Positions 39,201 through 49,912 are shown, counted from the first letter of the stretch. The stretch is 63,150 nucleotides of DNA from an uncultured Flavobacteriales bacterium (GCA_938073745.1 CALJFR010000001.1:1-63150); one strand, 5' to 3'. Notes: generated from the letters alone by a model not told the origin. Translations and numbers: made by a program.

Positions 39201-39440
39201 TTAGGTTTTGAAAAGATTGTGCTAAAAAACAATTTCCTAAGAGCATTTTTTACGACTGATAAAAATTCAAATTATTTCGAATCTGTTGAATTCAAAAAAA
39301 TAATGAATTTTCTAAGAGAAAACCCCAAAGACTGTCAAATTAAAGAGAACAGAGGTAAGCTTTCATTAAGAAAAGAAGGTGTAATGGAAATTAATCAAGC
39401 ATTAGAATTATTTAATAAATTAATAGGTCAGAAAGCTTAA
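36255..39440 (+). CDS. mfd: transcription-repair coupling factor Mfd
   Basis: 1061 aa as tracked (TTG start). Contains the RNAP-interaction domain, DEAD/DEAH-like helicase motifs (GDVGFGKTE, IIDEEQKFG) and the TRCF C-terminal domain. Mfd-like sequence continues in frame upstream to 36102 without any ATG/GTG/TTG (see findings). Confidence 0.95.
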   Translation: MALKTTTKPNIFILKDKEEAYYFINDLENILERKVLFFPESYRRTYQFSETDNSNILLRAEVLNKLNSNKKPIIITYPEALSEKVISRNELRKQTIKLHISQTCDIENLIEELEKMNFKQSDFVTDPGQFSIRGGIVDVFSFANEYPYRIEFNEDELESIRTFDINSQLSIENHKKVTIIPNTEAKKTNSKKTSFINYLPSNSQLWIKDIAFISGKIDDIFRKSQNESERKNENIKLDFNDLFFSISDFINEIKNYKIIELERPILNPLKIVSLNISPLTIFNKNIELLIEKLKINIQKNTKSIIACSTKEQQERFFSLFEEKFDYSKIDIIHFSIHEGFKDHENKIEIFTDHQIFNRFHKFKSKTKFSDKQIITLNQLTNLRIGDYVTHIDHGIGQFSGLHKMTNNDKQQEVIKLTYKGGDILYISIHSLHKISKYSAKEGREPKINQLGTPSWTKAKEKTKTKIKKIAFDLITLYAKRKKNKGFAYSPDTYLQNELESSFIYEDTPDQNKATIAIKKDMEKQMPMDRLICGDVGFGKTEIAVRAAFKAVADNKQVAILVPTTILALQHYKTFVKRLSKFPCEIDYLNRFRSKKEQNNIINKISEGKIDIIIGTHRIVGKDIKFSDLGLLIIDEEQKFGVNIKDKLKSFKANIDTLTLTATPIPRTLQFSLLGARDLSIINTPPPNRQSIQTKIIGLNEDIIRNAIMYEISRNGQVFFVHNRIENINEIANFLNRLCPEAKIKIGHGQMEGNKIESLMSEFVEGEFDVLVSTTIIENGVDIPNANTIIINNSQNFGLSDLHQMRGRVGRSNKKAFCFLISPPTHQISDDSRKRLNALEQFSNIGSGFKIAMRDLDIRGAGDLLGADQSGFINEIGYEMYQRILDEAIEELKEEKFQNLFKDEKKKFTVKDCQLDTDKEVLIPDDYVSNIEERLNLYKELNQIKDNDNLISFEKKLIDRFGKLPDKISILFNAIKLRWAGKKLGFEKIVLKNNFLRAFFTTDKNSNYFESVEFKKIMNFLRENPKDCQIKENRGKLSLRKEGVMEINQALELFNKLIGQKA

Positions 39441-39554
39441 TTTAGAACGATCTTAACAAAATAATTAACTTATCAACAATAAGTTTATTTAGTTTTAAAT
39501 GTCTTGAAAATTTTAGAGGATTTGGGTAAAATTGCATTAATAACTTCATCATAT

Positions 39555-41078
39555 ATGAATCATAAAATAAAAATAAAAAACGCTATTATTTCTGTTTTTA
39601 ATAAAGACGGATTAAATGAGATAGTTAAAACACTTGCAGATTTTAATATTGAATTATACTCTACTGGAGGTACTGAGAATTTCATCAAAAGTTTAAATGT
39701 TAATGTAAATAAAATTGAAGATCTTACTTCTTACCCATCTATTTTAGGTGGAAGGGTAAAAACTTTACATCCTAATGTTTTTGGCGGAATTCTATCTAGA
39801 AGAGCTAATAATGAAGACAAACAACAACTTCAAAACTATAATATCCCAGAATTTGATTTAGTTATTGTAGATCTGTATCCATTTGAAGAAACCGTAAAAA
39901 ATAATTTATCACATTCAGAAATAATAGAAAAAATAGATATTGGAGGAATTTCTCTAATTCGTGCAGCTGCAAAAAACTTTAATGATGTAATTGTAGTTTC
40001 TCAGAAAAAACAATATAGAAAATTACTTGAACATCTTAAAAGAGAAGGCCCATACACATCTTTAGAAATGAGGAAAGAATATGCCGCTTCTGCATTTAAT
40101 ATTTCTTCACATTACGACACAATGATATATCGATATCTAAATCATGAAGAGAATAAATTCTTCAAAGAAAGCATACTTGAATCTAAAGAGCTTAGATATG
40201 GAGAAAATCCTCATCAAAAAGGTTTATTTCATGGAAATATTAATGAAGTGTTTGAAAAATTAAATGGAAAAGAACTTTCTTATAACAATTTACTTGACAT
40301 TGATTCAGCTGTAAATCTAATTTCCGAATTTCAAGAACCAACTTTTGCAATATTAAAGCATAATAATGCTTGTGGATTAGCAAGCAGAAAAATACTTAAA
40401 AATGCTTTTATTGATGCACTTTCTGGCGATCCTGTTTCCGCGTTTGGTGGTGTATTAATAACTAATCAAATATTAGATCTTGAAACTGCTACAGAAATTC
40501 ACAAACTTTTTTACGAAGTTTTAATTGCTCCTGATTTTTCGCAAGGAGCTCTTGATCTTTTAAAAACTAAATCAAAAAGAGTATTATTAAAACAAAAAAA
40601 ATTAAATTTACCAAAGACGCAATATCGAACCATTTTAAATGGTGTTTTATTTCAAGACAAAGACCTGATAACAGATGATAGTTCAATTATGAAAACAGTT
40701 ACTAATACTGCACCAAATGAAATGGAGTTAAGAGATTTAGTTTTTGCTTCAAAAATTTGCAAACACACGAAGTCTAATACTATTGTTTTTGCTAAAAACC
40801 AACAATTGATTGCAAGCGGTGTCGGTCAGACTTCTAGAGTAGACGCCCTAAAACAAGCAGTTAAAAAAGCAACGAATTTTAACTTAAATTTAGTTGGCTC
40901 AGTTATGGCTTCTGATGCATTCTTCCCATTTCCTGATTGTGTTGAACTAGCAAAAAAATCAGGAATAACATCTGTTATTCAGCCAGGAGGGTCAATTAAA
41001 GATAATCTTTCAATAGAATTTTGCAATAATAATGATATGAGTATGGTAATGACTGGAACTAGACATTTTAAACATTAA
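39555..41078 (+). CDS. purH: bifunctional AICAR transformylase / IMP cyclohydrolase PurH
   Basis: MGS-like N-domain (ALISVFNKDGL-type, TGGT, LHP.V.GGIL) and AICARFT domain. I prefer ATG 39555 over the track's TTG 39504. Confidence 0.95.
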   Translation: MNHKIKIKNAIISVFNKDGLNEIVKTLADFNIELYSTGGTENFIKSLNVNVNKIEDLTSYPSILGGRVKTLHPNVFGGILSRRANNEDKQQLQNYNIPEFDLVIVDLYPFEETVKNNLSHSEIIEKIDIGGISLIRAAAKNFNDVIVVSQKKQYRKLLEHLKREGPYTSLEMRKEYAASAFNISSHYDTMIYRYLNHEENKFFKESILESKELRYGENPHQKGLFHGNINEVFEKLNGKELSYNNLLDIDSAVNLISEFQEPTFAILKHNNACGLASRKILKNAFIDALSGDPVSAFGGVLITNQILDLETATEIHKLFYEVLIAPDFSQGALDLLKTKSKRVLLKQKKLNLPKTQYRTILNGVLFQDKDLITDDSSIMKTVTNTAPNEMELRDLVFASKICKHTKSNTIVFAKNQQLIASGVGQTSRVDALKQAVKKATNFNLNLVGSVMASDAFFPFPDCVELAKKSGITSVIQPGGSIKDNLSIEFCNNNDMSMVMTGTRHFKH

Positions 41079-41091
41079 AAATTAGAACAAT

Positions 41092-42114
41092 ATGGGATTT
41101 TTTGACTTTATGCAAGAATCAATTGCTATTGACTTAGGCACTGCAAATACTTTAATCATTCACAATGATAAAGTAGTAGTAGATGAACCCTCAATAGTCG
41201 CAAAGAATGTTCGTACTGGTGAAGTTATTGCTATTGGTAAAAAAGCTCAACAAATGCATGGCAAAGCTCATAAAGATATTGAAACTATGCGACCATTGAA
41301 AGATGGTGTAATTGCAGATTTCCAGTCATCTGAGCAAATGATTAGAGGCTTCATAAAAATGATTCCAAGAAAAAGATCCTTATTTTCTCCAGCCTTAAAA
41401 ATGGTTGTTTGCATACCCTCTGGAGTTACAGAAGTTGAAAAAAGAGCGGTTGTTGATTCAGCCGAACATGCAGGAGCAAAAGACGTATGGTTAATTATGG
41501 AGCCAATGGCGGCAGCAATTGGGATTGGCATCGATGTTTTAGAACCTAAAGGAAATATGGTAATTGACATAGGTGGAGGAACAACAGAAATTGCTGTTAT
41601 CTCTCTAGGTGGAATTGTATGTGACAAGTCTATTAGAGTTGCAGGTGATGAGTTTACTGATAACATAAAAACATATATGAAAACTAGGCATAATATTGCT
41701 GTTGGAGATATAATGGCTGAACAGATTAAAATTAACGTTGGTTCTGCTTTAACTGAGCTTGATGCCCCTCCTCCAAACTATGCTGTACACGGAAGAGATT
41801 TGATGAGTGGTATTCCAAAAGAAATTATTGTTACATACAAAGAAATTGCAGGTGCTTTAAATAATTCTATTGAACAAATAGAAGAAGCTGTAATGGCTGC
41901 ATTATTCCAAACACCTCCTGCTCTATCTGCAGATATTTATAATGAAGGCCTATACCTTACAGGTGGAGGCTCAATGTTAAGAGGTTTAGACAAAAGAATA
42001 GCAAAAAAAACTAAGCTTCCCGTATATGTAGCTGAAGATCCTTTAAGAGCTGTAGCACGAGGAACAGGAATAGCTCTAAAAAATACCGAAAACTATACTT
42101 TCTTAATAAGATAG
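41092..42114 (+). CDS. mreB: rod shape-determining protein MreB
   Basis: 340 aa. IAIDLGTANTLI, EPMAAAIG and DIGGGTTEIAVISLGG actin-fold motifs. Confidence 0.95.
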   Translation: MGFFDFMQESIAIDLGTANTLIIHNDKVVVDEPSIVAKNVRTGEVIAIGKKAQQMHGKAHKDIETMRPLKDGVIADFQSSEQMIRGFIKMIPRKRSLFSPALKMVVCIPSGVTEVEKRAVVDSAEHAGAKDVWLIMEPMAAAIGIGIDVLEPKGNMVIDIGGGTTEIAVISLGGIVCDKSIRVAGDEFTDNIKTYMKTRHNIAVGDIMAEQIKINVGSALTELDAPPPNYAVHGRDLMSGIPKEIIVTYKEIAGALNNSIEQIEEAVMAALFQTPPALSADIYNEGLYLTGGGSMLRGLDKRIAKKTKLPVYVAEDPLRAVARGTGIALKNTENYTFLIR

Positions 42115-42120
42115 ATTAAT

Positions 42121-42921
42121 ATGCAGAATCTTATTCGATTTTTTAGAATGTATAATGTTCTAATTATTTTTCTATTATTACAAACCTATTCAATTAATTT
42201 ATACCTCAACAAAAATTCATTTCAGAATTCTCTTTTCATAAATCATGTAAATAATTATAAAGGCAAACTATATTCTATTTCTAATAATATTTCTGATTAC
42301 TTCAATCTAAAAGACATTAACAAACAACTCTTAGAAGAAAATAATAAATTATACAATTTACTAAGTAGTCAAAAAAGTATTTTTTTACAAAATGAAAAAG
42401 AAACGAAATTTATTTCCGGTAAAATCGTAAATAACTCAGTAAATAAAAGAGATAATTTCATTACAATAGACAAGGGGAAAAAACATGGTATTAGTGCTGG
42501 AATGGGAGTTATATGTGAAAGTGGAGTATTAGGCATAGTACATTCAACTACTGAAAATTACTCATTAATTATCTCAATTCTGAATAAAGAATCTGCTATC
42601 AGTATTTCCTTAAAAAGACAAAATAACTACGGATCTCTAAAATGGAATGGCTTTAATTACAAAAAAGCAAACATTGAAAGCATTCCTAATCATGTTAAAA
42701 TTCAATTTGGCGACACAATTATAACAAATGGATATAGCACCATTTTTCCTGCAGGAATAAATATTGGTACAATTGACAATTTCAAAAAAAATGATAAGAC
42801 TGGAAATCAAGACATCACAATAAATCTATTTACAGATTTTAATAATATCAAATATGCATACATAGTTAATTCAGAACAGTCAAAAGAACAACTAAACTTA
42901 GAATCTTTAATTAATGAGTAA
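42121..42921 (+). CDS. mreC: rod shape-determining protein MreC
   Basis: 266 aa. N-terminal anchor, coiled coil, and a beta-rich domain (ITIDKGKKHGISAGMGVI). Position between mreB and mreD. Confidence 0.8.
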   Translation: MQNLIRFFRMYNVLIIFLLLQTYSINLYLNKNSFQNSLFINHVNNYKGKLYSISNNISDYFNLKDINKQLLEENNKLYNLLSSQKSIFLQNEKETKFISGKIVNNSVNKRDNFITIDKGKKHGISAGMGVICESGVLGIVHSTTENYSLIISILNKESAISISLKRQNNYGSLKWNGFNYKKANIESIPNHVKIQFGDTIITNGYSTIFPAGINIGTIDNFKKNDKTGNQDITINLFTDFNNIKYAYIVNSEQSKEQLNLESLINE

Positions 42922-43411
42922 AGAAATTAAATATATAATCTTATTACCATTATTTTTATTTGTGCAGGTATACATTCTTAATGAAGTTATGTTTGCATCA
43001 TATATAAATCCATATTTATATTTGATAATATTATTTGTAATGCCATTTAAAACTCAAAAATGGTTTCTCTTAATTTATGCATTTATTTTAGGTTTATCAG
43101 TTGATATTTTTTCAGATACTTTAGGAATGCACTCAAGTGCCTGCTTAATTATTGCATTACTTAAACAATCAATAACAAAAATTACAATTCCTCATAATAT
43201 CATTGAAGAAAATGATGAATTAATATCGCAGAAAATTGGAGTAAAATCTTTTATTTTATTTACATCAATTCTAGTATTTATACATCATTCAATTTTATTT
43301 ATTTTAGAGCATGCTTCAATAGATCATAGAATATTATTAAAGATAATTTTAAGCACAATCATTAGTTCAATAATAATTACTATTTGTCAGTTTTTCTTTT
43401 TTAGAGTATGA
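42914..43411 (+). CDS. mreD: rod shape-determining protein MreD
   Basis: 165-aa polytopic membrane protein. 8-nt overlap with mreC and 4-nt overlap with mrdA. Confidence 0.7.
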   Translation: MSKEIKYIILLPLFLFVQVYILNEVMFASYINPYLYLIILFVMPFKTQKWFLLIYAFILGLSVDIFSDTLGMHSSACLIIALLKQSITKITIPHNIIEENDELISQKIGVKSFILFTSILVFIHHSILFILEHASIDHRILLKIILSTIISSIIITICQFFFFRV

Positions 43412-45219
43412 ATAAGTTTCAAGGAAGATATCAGGTTGTTTTAATTTTATTTTTTTTGGTTGCTACAATATATACAATTCAATTATTAAGAATTCAAGTC
43501 ATTGACGATAATTATAAATTTTCAGCTAACAACAATGCTTTAAGGTATGATGTTTTAACTCCTGTAAGAGGATTAATATTTGACAGAGACAGTAATCTAA
43601 TTGTTTCTAATACTCCTTCATATAATTTAATGGTAATACCTAGAGAAGTAAAAAAAATGGACACCATTAACTTATGCAAGCTAATTGAAATTGATATTTA
43701 TGAATTTAGAGAAAAACTTAATGAAATAAGTAGTTATTCAAAATATAAATCAAGTATTTTTCAAAAACAGATAACATATTTACAAGCAAGTAAACTACAA
43801 GAGAAACTTTTTCAATATCCTGGATTTTTTCTTCAAACCATTAACACAAGAAAATATTTAACTGAGTCAGCCTCTCATTTAATAGGATATTTAGGTGAAG
43901 TAAGTAAGCAAAAAGTTAAAGAAAATAAATACTATAATAATGGAGATTTATTTGGGGTTAAAGGGATAGAAGCAGGATATGAAAAAGAGTTAAGAGGTGA
44001 AAAAGGAATGGCCATAACTCTTGTTGATGTTTATAATCGAAAACAAGGCAGATTCCAAGATGGAAAATTTGACACTTTACCAATATCTGGGAAAAATATT
44101 TATTCTACAATTGATATTGAATTACAGAAATACGGAGAACATCTTATGCAAAACAAAACTGGTGCAATTGTTGCTATAGAACCAAATTCTGGAGAAATTT
44201 TATCACTTATATCATTTCCTAATTACAACCCGCAAGAACTTTCAGGAAGAAATAGATCAAATAATTTCAAAAAATTACTTGACAATAAAAACAAACCTCT
44301 TTTTAATAGAGCATTGTCAGGACTTTATCCGCCAGGATCAATTTTTAAACTTCTAAATGGTTTGGTTGCTTTAGAAGAAAATATAATCAACAACGAAACT
44401 AAATACAATTGTAATGATGGTTTTGAATATGAAAAAAATAAATTTGTAAAATGTCATCCACACTCATCTTTAACTGATCTTCAACAAGCTATAACAATTT
44501 CATGTAATACATACTTCTGTAAAACATTTTCAAACTTATTTAAAAAATATACTTCAAATCAAGAATCATATAATATGTGGAGAAATCATATTAGAAGTTT
44601 TGGTATTGGAGAATGGATGAATAACGACTTTGTTAGTGGCACAAAGGGTATGCTGCCAAAGCATGAATATTACAATAAATATTATGGAAGAACTAGCTGG
44701 AACTCATCTACAATAATTTCGATGGCTATTGGTCAGGGAGAGCTTTTACTAACGCCTATTCAAATGGCAAACATCTCAGCCATAATAGCAAATAGGGGTT
44801 TTTATTTCACCCCCCATATTGTAAAGTCTATTGAAGGTAATGAAAAAATTGACTCTACTTTTTTAGAAAAAAAATATACCACAATAAGCCCCAAACACTT
44901 TGATATAATTATTGATGGCATGGAAAAAGTAATTAAAAAACCTGATGGAACCGCACATAATATAAAATCTGATAATATCTCTATTTGCGGAAAAACAGGA
45001 ACAGCGCAAAACCCTCATGGAGAAGATCATTCAATTTTTATTGCATTTGCTCCAAAAGAAAAACCAGAAATAGCCATTGCTGTATATATAGAAAATGGAG
45101 GATGGGGCTCAACTTGGGCGGCACCAATAGCAGGCTTAATGATCGATAAATATTTAAAAACAGATATCAATTTAGATCTAGAAAAATTTATTACAAATGG
45201 TATAATTAATAACAGATAA
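43408..45219 (+). CDS. mrdA: penicillin-binding protein 2 (elongasome transpeptidase)
   Basis: 603 aa. SxxK (GSIFK), SxN (SCN) and KTGT motifs present. Confidence 0.9.
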   Translation: MNKFQGRYQVVLILFFLVATIYTIQLLRIQVIDDNYKFSANNNALRYDVLTPVRGLIFDRDSNLIVSNTPSYNLMVIPREVKKMDTINLCKLIEIDIYEFREKLNEISSYSKYKSSIFQKQITYLQASKLQEKLFQYPGFFLQTINTRKYLTESASHLIGYLGEVSKQKVKENKYYNNGDLFGVKGIEAGYEKELRGEKGMAITLVDVYNRKQGRFQDGKFDTLPISGKNIYSTIDIELQKYGEHLMQNKTGAIVAIEPNSGEILSLISFPNYNPQELSGRNRSNNFKKLLDNKNKPLFNRALSGLYPPGSIFKLLNGLVALEENIINNETKYNCNDGFEYEKNKFVKCHPHSSLTDLQQAITISCNTYFCKTFSNLFKKYTSNQESYNMWRNHIRSFGIGEWMNNDFVSGTKGMLPKHEYYNKYYGRTSWNSSTIISMAIGQGELLLTPIQMANISAIIANRGFYFTPHIVKSIEGNEKIDSTFLEKKYTTISPKHFDIIIDGMEKVIKKPDGTAHNIKSDNISICGKTGTAQNPHGEDHSIFIAFAPKEKPEIAIAVYIENGGWGSTWAAPIAGLMIDKYLKTDINLDLEKFITNGIINNR

Positions 45220-46481
45220 TGAGAAAAGCTAAAAACATATTTGCCAATATTGATAGTCTTAGTATAATCCTTTATCTAATACTTATTTTCTTTGGATGGT
45301 TTAATATATATGCTTCTCAATACAATGATGATATACAATTCACGCTTGATTTTTCTAATAGATATGGCAAACAACTATATTTTATTGGAATTACACTTCT
45401 CTGTGCTTTCATAATATTAATCATTGATTGGAAGTTCTATTATTCACTCTCATATATCTTATATGCTCTCATCATCTTAAGTTTATTATCTGTCCTTCTT
45501 ATTGGTGGAGTTACGAATGGTGCAACATCATGGTTTCAAATTGGAGGCTTAAAAATTCAACCATCTGAATTTGCAAAGTTTACAACCGGATTAGCTTTGG
45601 CTAAATTTTTTAACATGCAATATAGTAAAAATCAAAATTTTACTACACGAATACTTTCATATCTAATTATTTTAGTTCCATGTCTTTTAATTATACTTCA
45701 AAATGATCTTGGAACTGCACTAGTTTTTTTATCTTTTATATTAGTACTATATAGGGAAGGTCTTTCAATTAATATCCTATTTACAATTCTTATTTTAGGA
45801 ATATTATGTTTACTTAGTCTACTAATTAGCCAAAAAATTCTTGTATATATTTTTTCATTTCTTGCTTTAATAAGTTTACTTTTCTTTAGATTTAATAAAA
45901 AAGACATTTTAACAATTATTATATGCTGGGGATTTTCAGTTTTTTTTGTTTTAGGAACAAATTTTTTTGTTAATGACATTTTATCTCCTCATCACACAAA
46001 ACGTATAAATGTACTTCTTGGCAAAGAATTTGACCCTTATGGTGCAGGTTATAATTTAATTCAATCTAAAATAGCAATAGGATCAGGTGGTAGTTTTGGA
46101 AAAGGCTTTCTTAATGGTACGCAAACAAGATTTGATTTTGTTCCTGAACAAAGTACTGATTTTATTTTTTGCACTATTGGTGAAGAGTGGGGCTTTTTTG
46201 GAAGCTTGCTTTTTATCTTAATATTTATTGGTTTAATAACTAGAATAATATTATTAGCTGAGAGACAAAGGTCTAGTTTCAGCAGGATTTATGGTTATAG
46301 TGTAGCGTGTATCTTATTTTCACACTTTACTATAAATATAGGAATGACTATTGGACTATTACCAACTGTTGGCATTCCGCTTCCATTTATTAGCTATGGA
46401 GGATCGTCTTTATTAGGATTTACTATGCTATTATTTATCTTTCTTAATCTAGATTCGTACAGATTAGATATTCTAAGATAA
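45219..46481 (+). CDS. rodA: SEDS-family peptidoglycan polymerase RodA
   Basis: 420 aa with about 10 TM helices. QPSEFAK, GSGG..GKGF and PEQSTDFIF blocks typical of FtsW/RodA. Confidence 0.9.
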   Translation: MRKAKNIFANIDSLSIILYLILIFFGWFNIYASQYNDDIQFTLDFSNRYGKQLYFIGITLLCAFIILIIDWKFYYSLSYILYALIILSLLSVLLIGGVTNGATSWFQIGGLKIQPSEFAKFTTGLALAKFFNMQYSKNQNFTTRILSYLIILVPCLLIILQNDLGTALVFLSFILVLYREGLSINILFTILILGILCLLSLLISQKILVYIFSFLALISLLFFRFNKKDILTIIICWGFSVFFVLGTNFFVNDILSPHHTKRINVLLGKEFDPYGAGYNLIQSKIAIGSGGSFGKGFLNGTQTRFDFVPEQSTDFIFCTIGEEWGFFGSLLFILIFIGLITRIILLAERQRSSFSRIYGYSVACILFSHFTINIGMTIGLLPTVGIPLPFISYGGSSLLGFTMLLFIFLNLDSYRLDILR

Positions 46482-46482
46482 A

Positions 46483-48588
46483 TTAATAGATATCAGATCT
46501 ATTATCAATGAGATTAGCATCCTTCTCCAAAGATTTAAATGAAGCTGTGGCAGTATAGGATTTGATTTTTTCAAAAAGTGATTTCTGCTCAGCAGAAAAA
46601 TCTCCTTCAGATCTATATTGATCTTGAGAAACGACAGAGATAAGGTTTACTGAACTTTGTGACTTTATAGGATTTGAAATTTGATTAACTCCAGTAGAAA
46701 AAACTGTTCCAATAACTTCAGGAACATAACCCAATTGATCTACACTCAAAGATGATAATTTTGCCTTTTGATTTCTAACAATGTCTAAACCAAACTTTGC
46801 CGCAACATCGTTTAAACTTGTGTATTCTCCCATTCTAGATATAATTTCTTCATATTTCTTTTCGTTTCTTATTTCTTGCCTTATGCTATTCTCTACTTCC
46901 TCGATAGGAGAAAAACCTCCTGAGTTTTCATTAATAAGCTTAGCTACAACATAAGAATTATCAAACTCAAAAACCTCAGAAACATCTCCTCTCTCTGATT
47001 CATTCATCCATCTAACAATAGATCTTGAATTAGGCAAACCAACAATATTTTGCTTGTTAGGTTTAACTTGAACATCACTTCTCTTAACCAGGTTTTCAGA
47101 ACTAACTACTGAATCAAAAGGAAGATTATCAGTTACTACTTGGCTAACAAAACTTGCTGCTTGAGTATAATAGCTATTATATGTTTCTGTACTTGCAGAT
47201 ACATTTCTATCAATGTAAACTACTTTGAATTTCTTATTTAATCTACTTTTATTCATTACTTGAATTAAATGTACACCAAACTGTGTTTCAATAATATTTA
47301 ATTCATTCTTTTTCGATGTAAAACATACTTCATTAAATAATTCAACCATCTGCCCTTCAGAAAACCAACCTAATTCACCACCTTTTATGCCAGATGATTT
47401 ATCATCAGAAAAATTCTGAGCTAGTAGTGCGAAATCTGCACCAGAATCAATTTGTCTTTTTAAATCATTAATAACTGTTTTAGCTGAATCTAAACTTTTT
47501 GTTGCACTAGGTGAAATCAAAATATGTCTAGCTTCAACTGAATCGGGTCTATTTTGAACATCTGTTAGTTTTGTTAATCTGTATGCTAAATTGTTCAATT
47601 TATAGGGACCAATAACAGTACCTTTATCATTATTAATCAAGTTAGAAAATGCAGAATCATTCTCTAATTGTTCTTTCGTCTGAAAAGAAAATAATGCTCC
47701 ATTGTTATCAGTATTTCTTCTAACAATAGTAGTATAATCATCATATGATTCAAAGTCTGATTTTAAATCTAATAATGATTGGTACGTTTCTTGATCATCT
47801 TCTTTTGTAGGAACAACAGTAAAAACAACATAATCAATATCTTTAGAAAGATCTTGTTTATAGTTTTCTTTATTTTCATTGTAATAGTTTCTAACTTCCT
47901 TACTGGTTACACTAACTGATGTATCATTAATTACAGATAATGGAATACTTAAATAATCATAAGTAACATTTTGAGTTCCTTCGTTATAAGAAATTTTTGC
48001 TTCTTCAGAATTAATATATGTACCTTTTTCTACTAATTTGTCGTACTTAGAATTACTAATAACATTTATTAGATAATCTTGAAATGAAAGCCAATTTCTT
48101 ACAGACTCACCAGTCTGATCTTCTTCGACTTGTTGTAGATAACCTAATACTTTTGTTCTATCAAACTGTCCTGTATTTTGATTTTGAAATGCTTGTATTT
48201 TACTCACTTCCGGATGAACATTAACACCAGATATTCGTTCCATCCACTCATCATCAGAAATTCCTAGACCAAGTTTTTCATATTCTCCTTTCATTATCAA
48301 CTCTCTAGTAAGCTGACTCCATGCTTGATTTCTCACATTCGAAATAACTGATTGAGTTACTATAGCACCTGGATTTTGAGATTTCCAGTTTTCAATACCC
48401 TGATCTACTGTTTTCTCAAAATTTTGTATCAAAATATTTTCTCCTAAAACTTCACCAACATAGAGAGTACTAGGTCCTGATGATCTTTTTGATTGCATAA
48501 AATCACCAAGAATAAATGCTAGCATAGCAAAGCCTATAACAGTAAGTAATAATCCCGATCTATTTCTAATTTTACCAAGTGTTCCCAT
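46483..48588 (-). CDS. PpiD-like periplasmic chaperone / PPIC-type peptidyl-prolyl isomerase
   Basis: 701 aa. N-terminal anchor (MGTLGKIRNRSGLLLTVIGFAMLAFILGDF) and a parvulin block (ARHILI...GGELGWFSEGQMV.LF). Confidence 0.8.
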   Translation of the reverse strand: MGTLGKIRNRSGLLLTVIGFAMLAFILGDFMQSKRSSGPSTLYVGEVLGENILIQNFEKTVDQGIENWKSQNPGAIVTQSVISNVRNQAWSQLTRELIMKGEYEKLGLGISDDEWMERISGVNVHPEVSKIQAFQNQNTGQFDRTKVLGYLQQVEEDQTGESVRNWLSFQDYLINVISNSKYDKLVEKGTYINSEEAKISYNEGTQNVTYDYLSIPLSVINDTSVSVTSKEVRNYYNENKENYKQDLSKDIDYVVFTVVPTKEDDQETYQSLLDLKSDFESYDDYTTIVRRNTDNNGALFSFQTKEQLENDSAFSNLINNDKGTVIGPYKLNNLAYRLTKLTDVQNRPDSVEARHILISPSATKSLDSAKTVINDLKRQIDSGADFALLAQNFSDDKSSGIKGGELGWFSEGQMVELFNEVCFTSKKNELNIIETQFGVHLIQVMNKSRLNKKFKVVYIDRNVSASTETYNSYYTQAASFVSQVVTDNLPFDSVVSSENLVKRSDVQVKPNKQNIVGLPNSRSIVRWMNESERGDVSEVFEFDNSYVVAKLINENSGGFSPIEEVENSIRQEIRNEKKYEEIISRMGEYTSLNDVAAKFGLDIVRNQKAKLSSLSVDQLGYVPEVIGTVFSTGVNQISNPIKSQSSVNLISVVSQDQYRSEGDFSAEQKSLFEKIKSYTATASFKSLEKDANLIDNRSDIY

Positions 48589-48661
48589 AATTGTTAATTT
48601 ATTAAAAGTTTGCGAATATACAATTGTTATTTAAGAAATAAAAACTAGATTAATTATAAAC

Positions 48662-49909
48662 CTAATTCTTAACAAATAGATGTACTTTAATAACACTTCT
48701 GTCATCAACTTCTTTGATAGTGATTTTATAATCATCAAGGTCAATTACATCACCAACTGAAGGAATATTTTCTAAATAATGTAAAACTAATCCAGCAATA
48801 GTTTCATATTCGTCAGAATCTGGTAAATTCAAATCAAAATCTTTATTTATTGAAATAACGTCTAATCTAGCTAAAATTGAATATTCTTCATCATTAATTT
48901 TCTCTACGGATTTTATATTAGTGTCGTACTCATCATCTATTTCTCCAACTATTTCCTCTGTAACATCCTCAATTGTTAACATTCCGGATGTACCTCCAAA
49001 TTCATCAACTACAAGTGCAACTCCTTTATTTTCGTCAATAAAATCTGAAAGAAGTTGCATTGCAGACATTGTTTCTGGGACAAAAGGCAATGGAAGTAAT
49101 AATGACCTTATATTTCTTGGATTTTTAAACAAATCTGAAGAATGCACATATCCAATTATACTATCAATATTGTTTTTATATATTAAAATTTTAGATAGTT
49201 TAGTTTCAATAAATTTATCTTTTAAATCATTGACAGTTGAGTTTATATTCATTGCTACAATTTCTGTACGAGGAATCATACATTCTCGCACCTTCTTAGC
49301 TGAAAGATCTAAAGTATTTTGTAACATCTCAACTTCAACACTAGACGATTCTTGTGTGTTATTAGAGTTAATATGATCAAGATAATCATCCAAATCTGTT
49401 TTATTAAAAAATTGTTTGTTTTCGGTTAAGCTTTGACCAAAGAACAATTTTACTATAAGTTTAGAAATTTGAATAAACAACCATGCAAAAGGAGAGAATA
49501 AAATAAAAAAACAGAAGATTGGAAGTGAAAAAAACCTAAGAGTTGTGTTTGGATATATTTTGAAAATAGATTTTGGAAGAAACTCTGCAGTAACTAAAAT
49601 TATACTTGTTGAAATAACTGTTTGTACAAACAACAATAAATATGAGTTTAGTTGAAAATAATCTAAATATGGAGATAATATTTTAGTCATTATTATACCA
49701 TAAATAACTAATGAAATATTGTTACCTATTAACATCGTAGTAATAAAATTTGACTCATTTTTAGAGAAAAAAGCAATTACTTTTGAAGATATATTTTCAC
49801 TTCCTTTATCAAGCTCCAGTTGCAATTTGTTAGAAGAAACAAAAGCAATCTCAATTCCTGAAAAGAAAGCAGATAAAACAATAGTAATTAAAGCAAGTGT
49901 TAAATACAT
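48662..49909 (-). CDS. CNNM/HlyC-CorC family membrane protein (DUF21-CBS-CorC_HlyC), paralogue of gldE
   Basis: 415 aa. Same three-part architecture as the gene at 16142-17464 (..VVDEFGGTSGMLTIEDVTEEIVGEIDDEYD..). Confidence 0.85.
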   Translation of the reverse strand: MYLTLALITIVLSAFFSGIEIAFVSSNKLQLELDKGSENISSKVIAFFSKNESNFITTMLIGNNISLVIYGIIMTKILSPYLDYFQLNSYLLLFVQTVISTSIILVTAEFLPKSIFKIYPNTTLRFFSLPIFCFFILFSPFAWLFIQISKLIVKLFFGQSLTENKQFFNKTDLDDYLDHINSNNTQESSSVEVEMLQNTLDLSAKKVRECMIPRTEIVAMNINSTVNDLKDKFIETKLSKILIYKNNIDSIIGYVHSSDLFKNPRNIRSLLLPLPFVPETMSAMQLLSDFIDENKGVALVVDEFGGTSGMLTIEDVTEEIVGEIDDEYDTNIKSVEKINDEEYSILARLDVISINKDFDLNLPDSDEYETIAGLVLHYLENIPSVGDVIDLDDYKITIKEVDDRSVIKVHLFVKN

Positions 49910-49912
49910 TTT

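Noticed and set aside
48662-49909. The second DUF21-CBS-CorC gene as a duplicated gliding-motility gene.
   Set aside because: CNNM/CorC-type proteins are common housekeeping paralogues. Only the copy adjacent to gldD has the synteny that justifies a gldE label.
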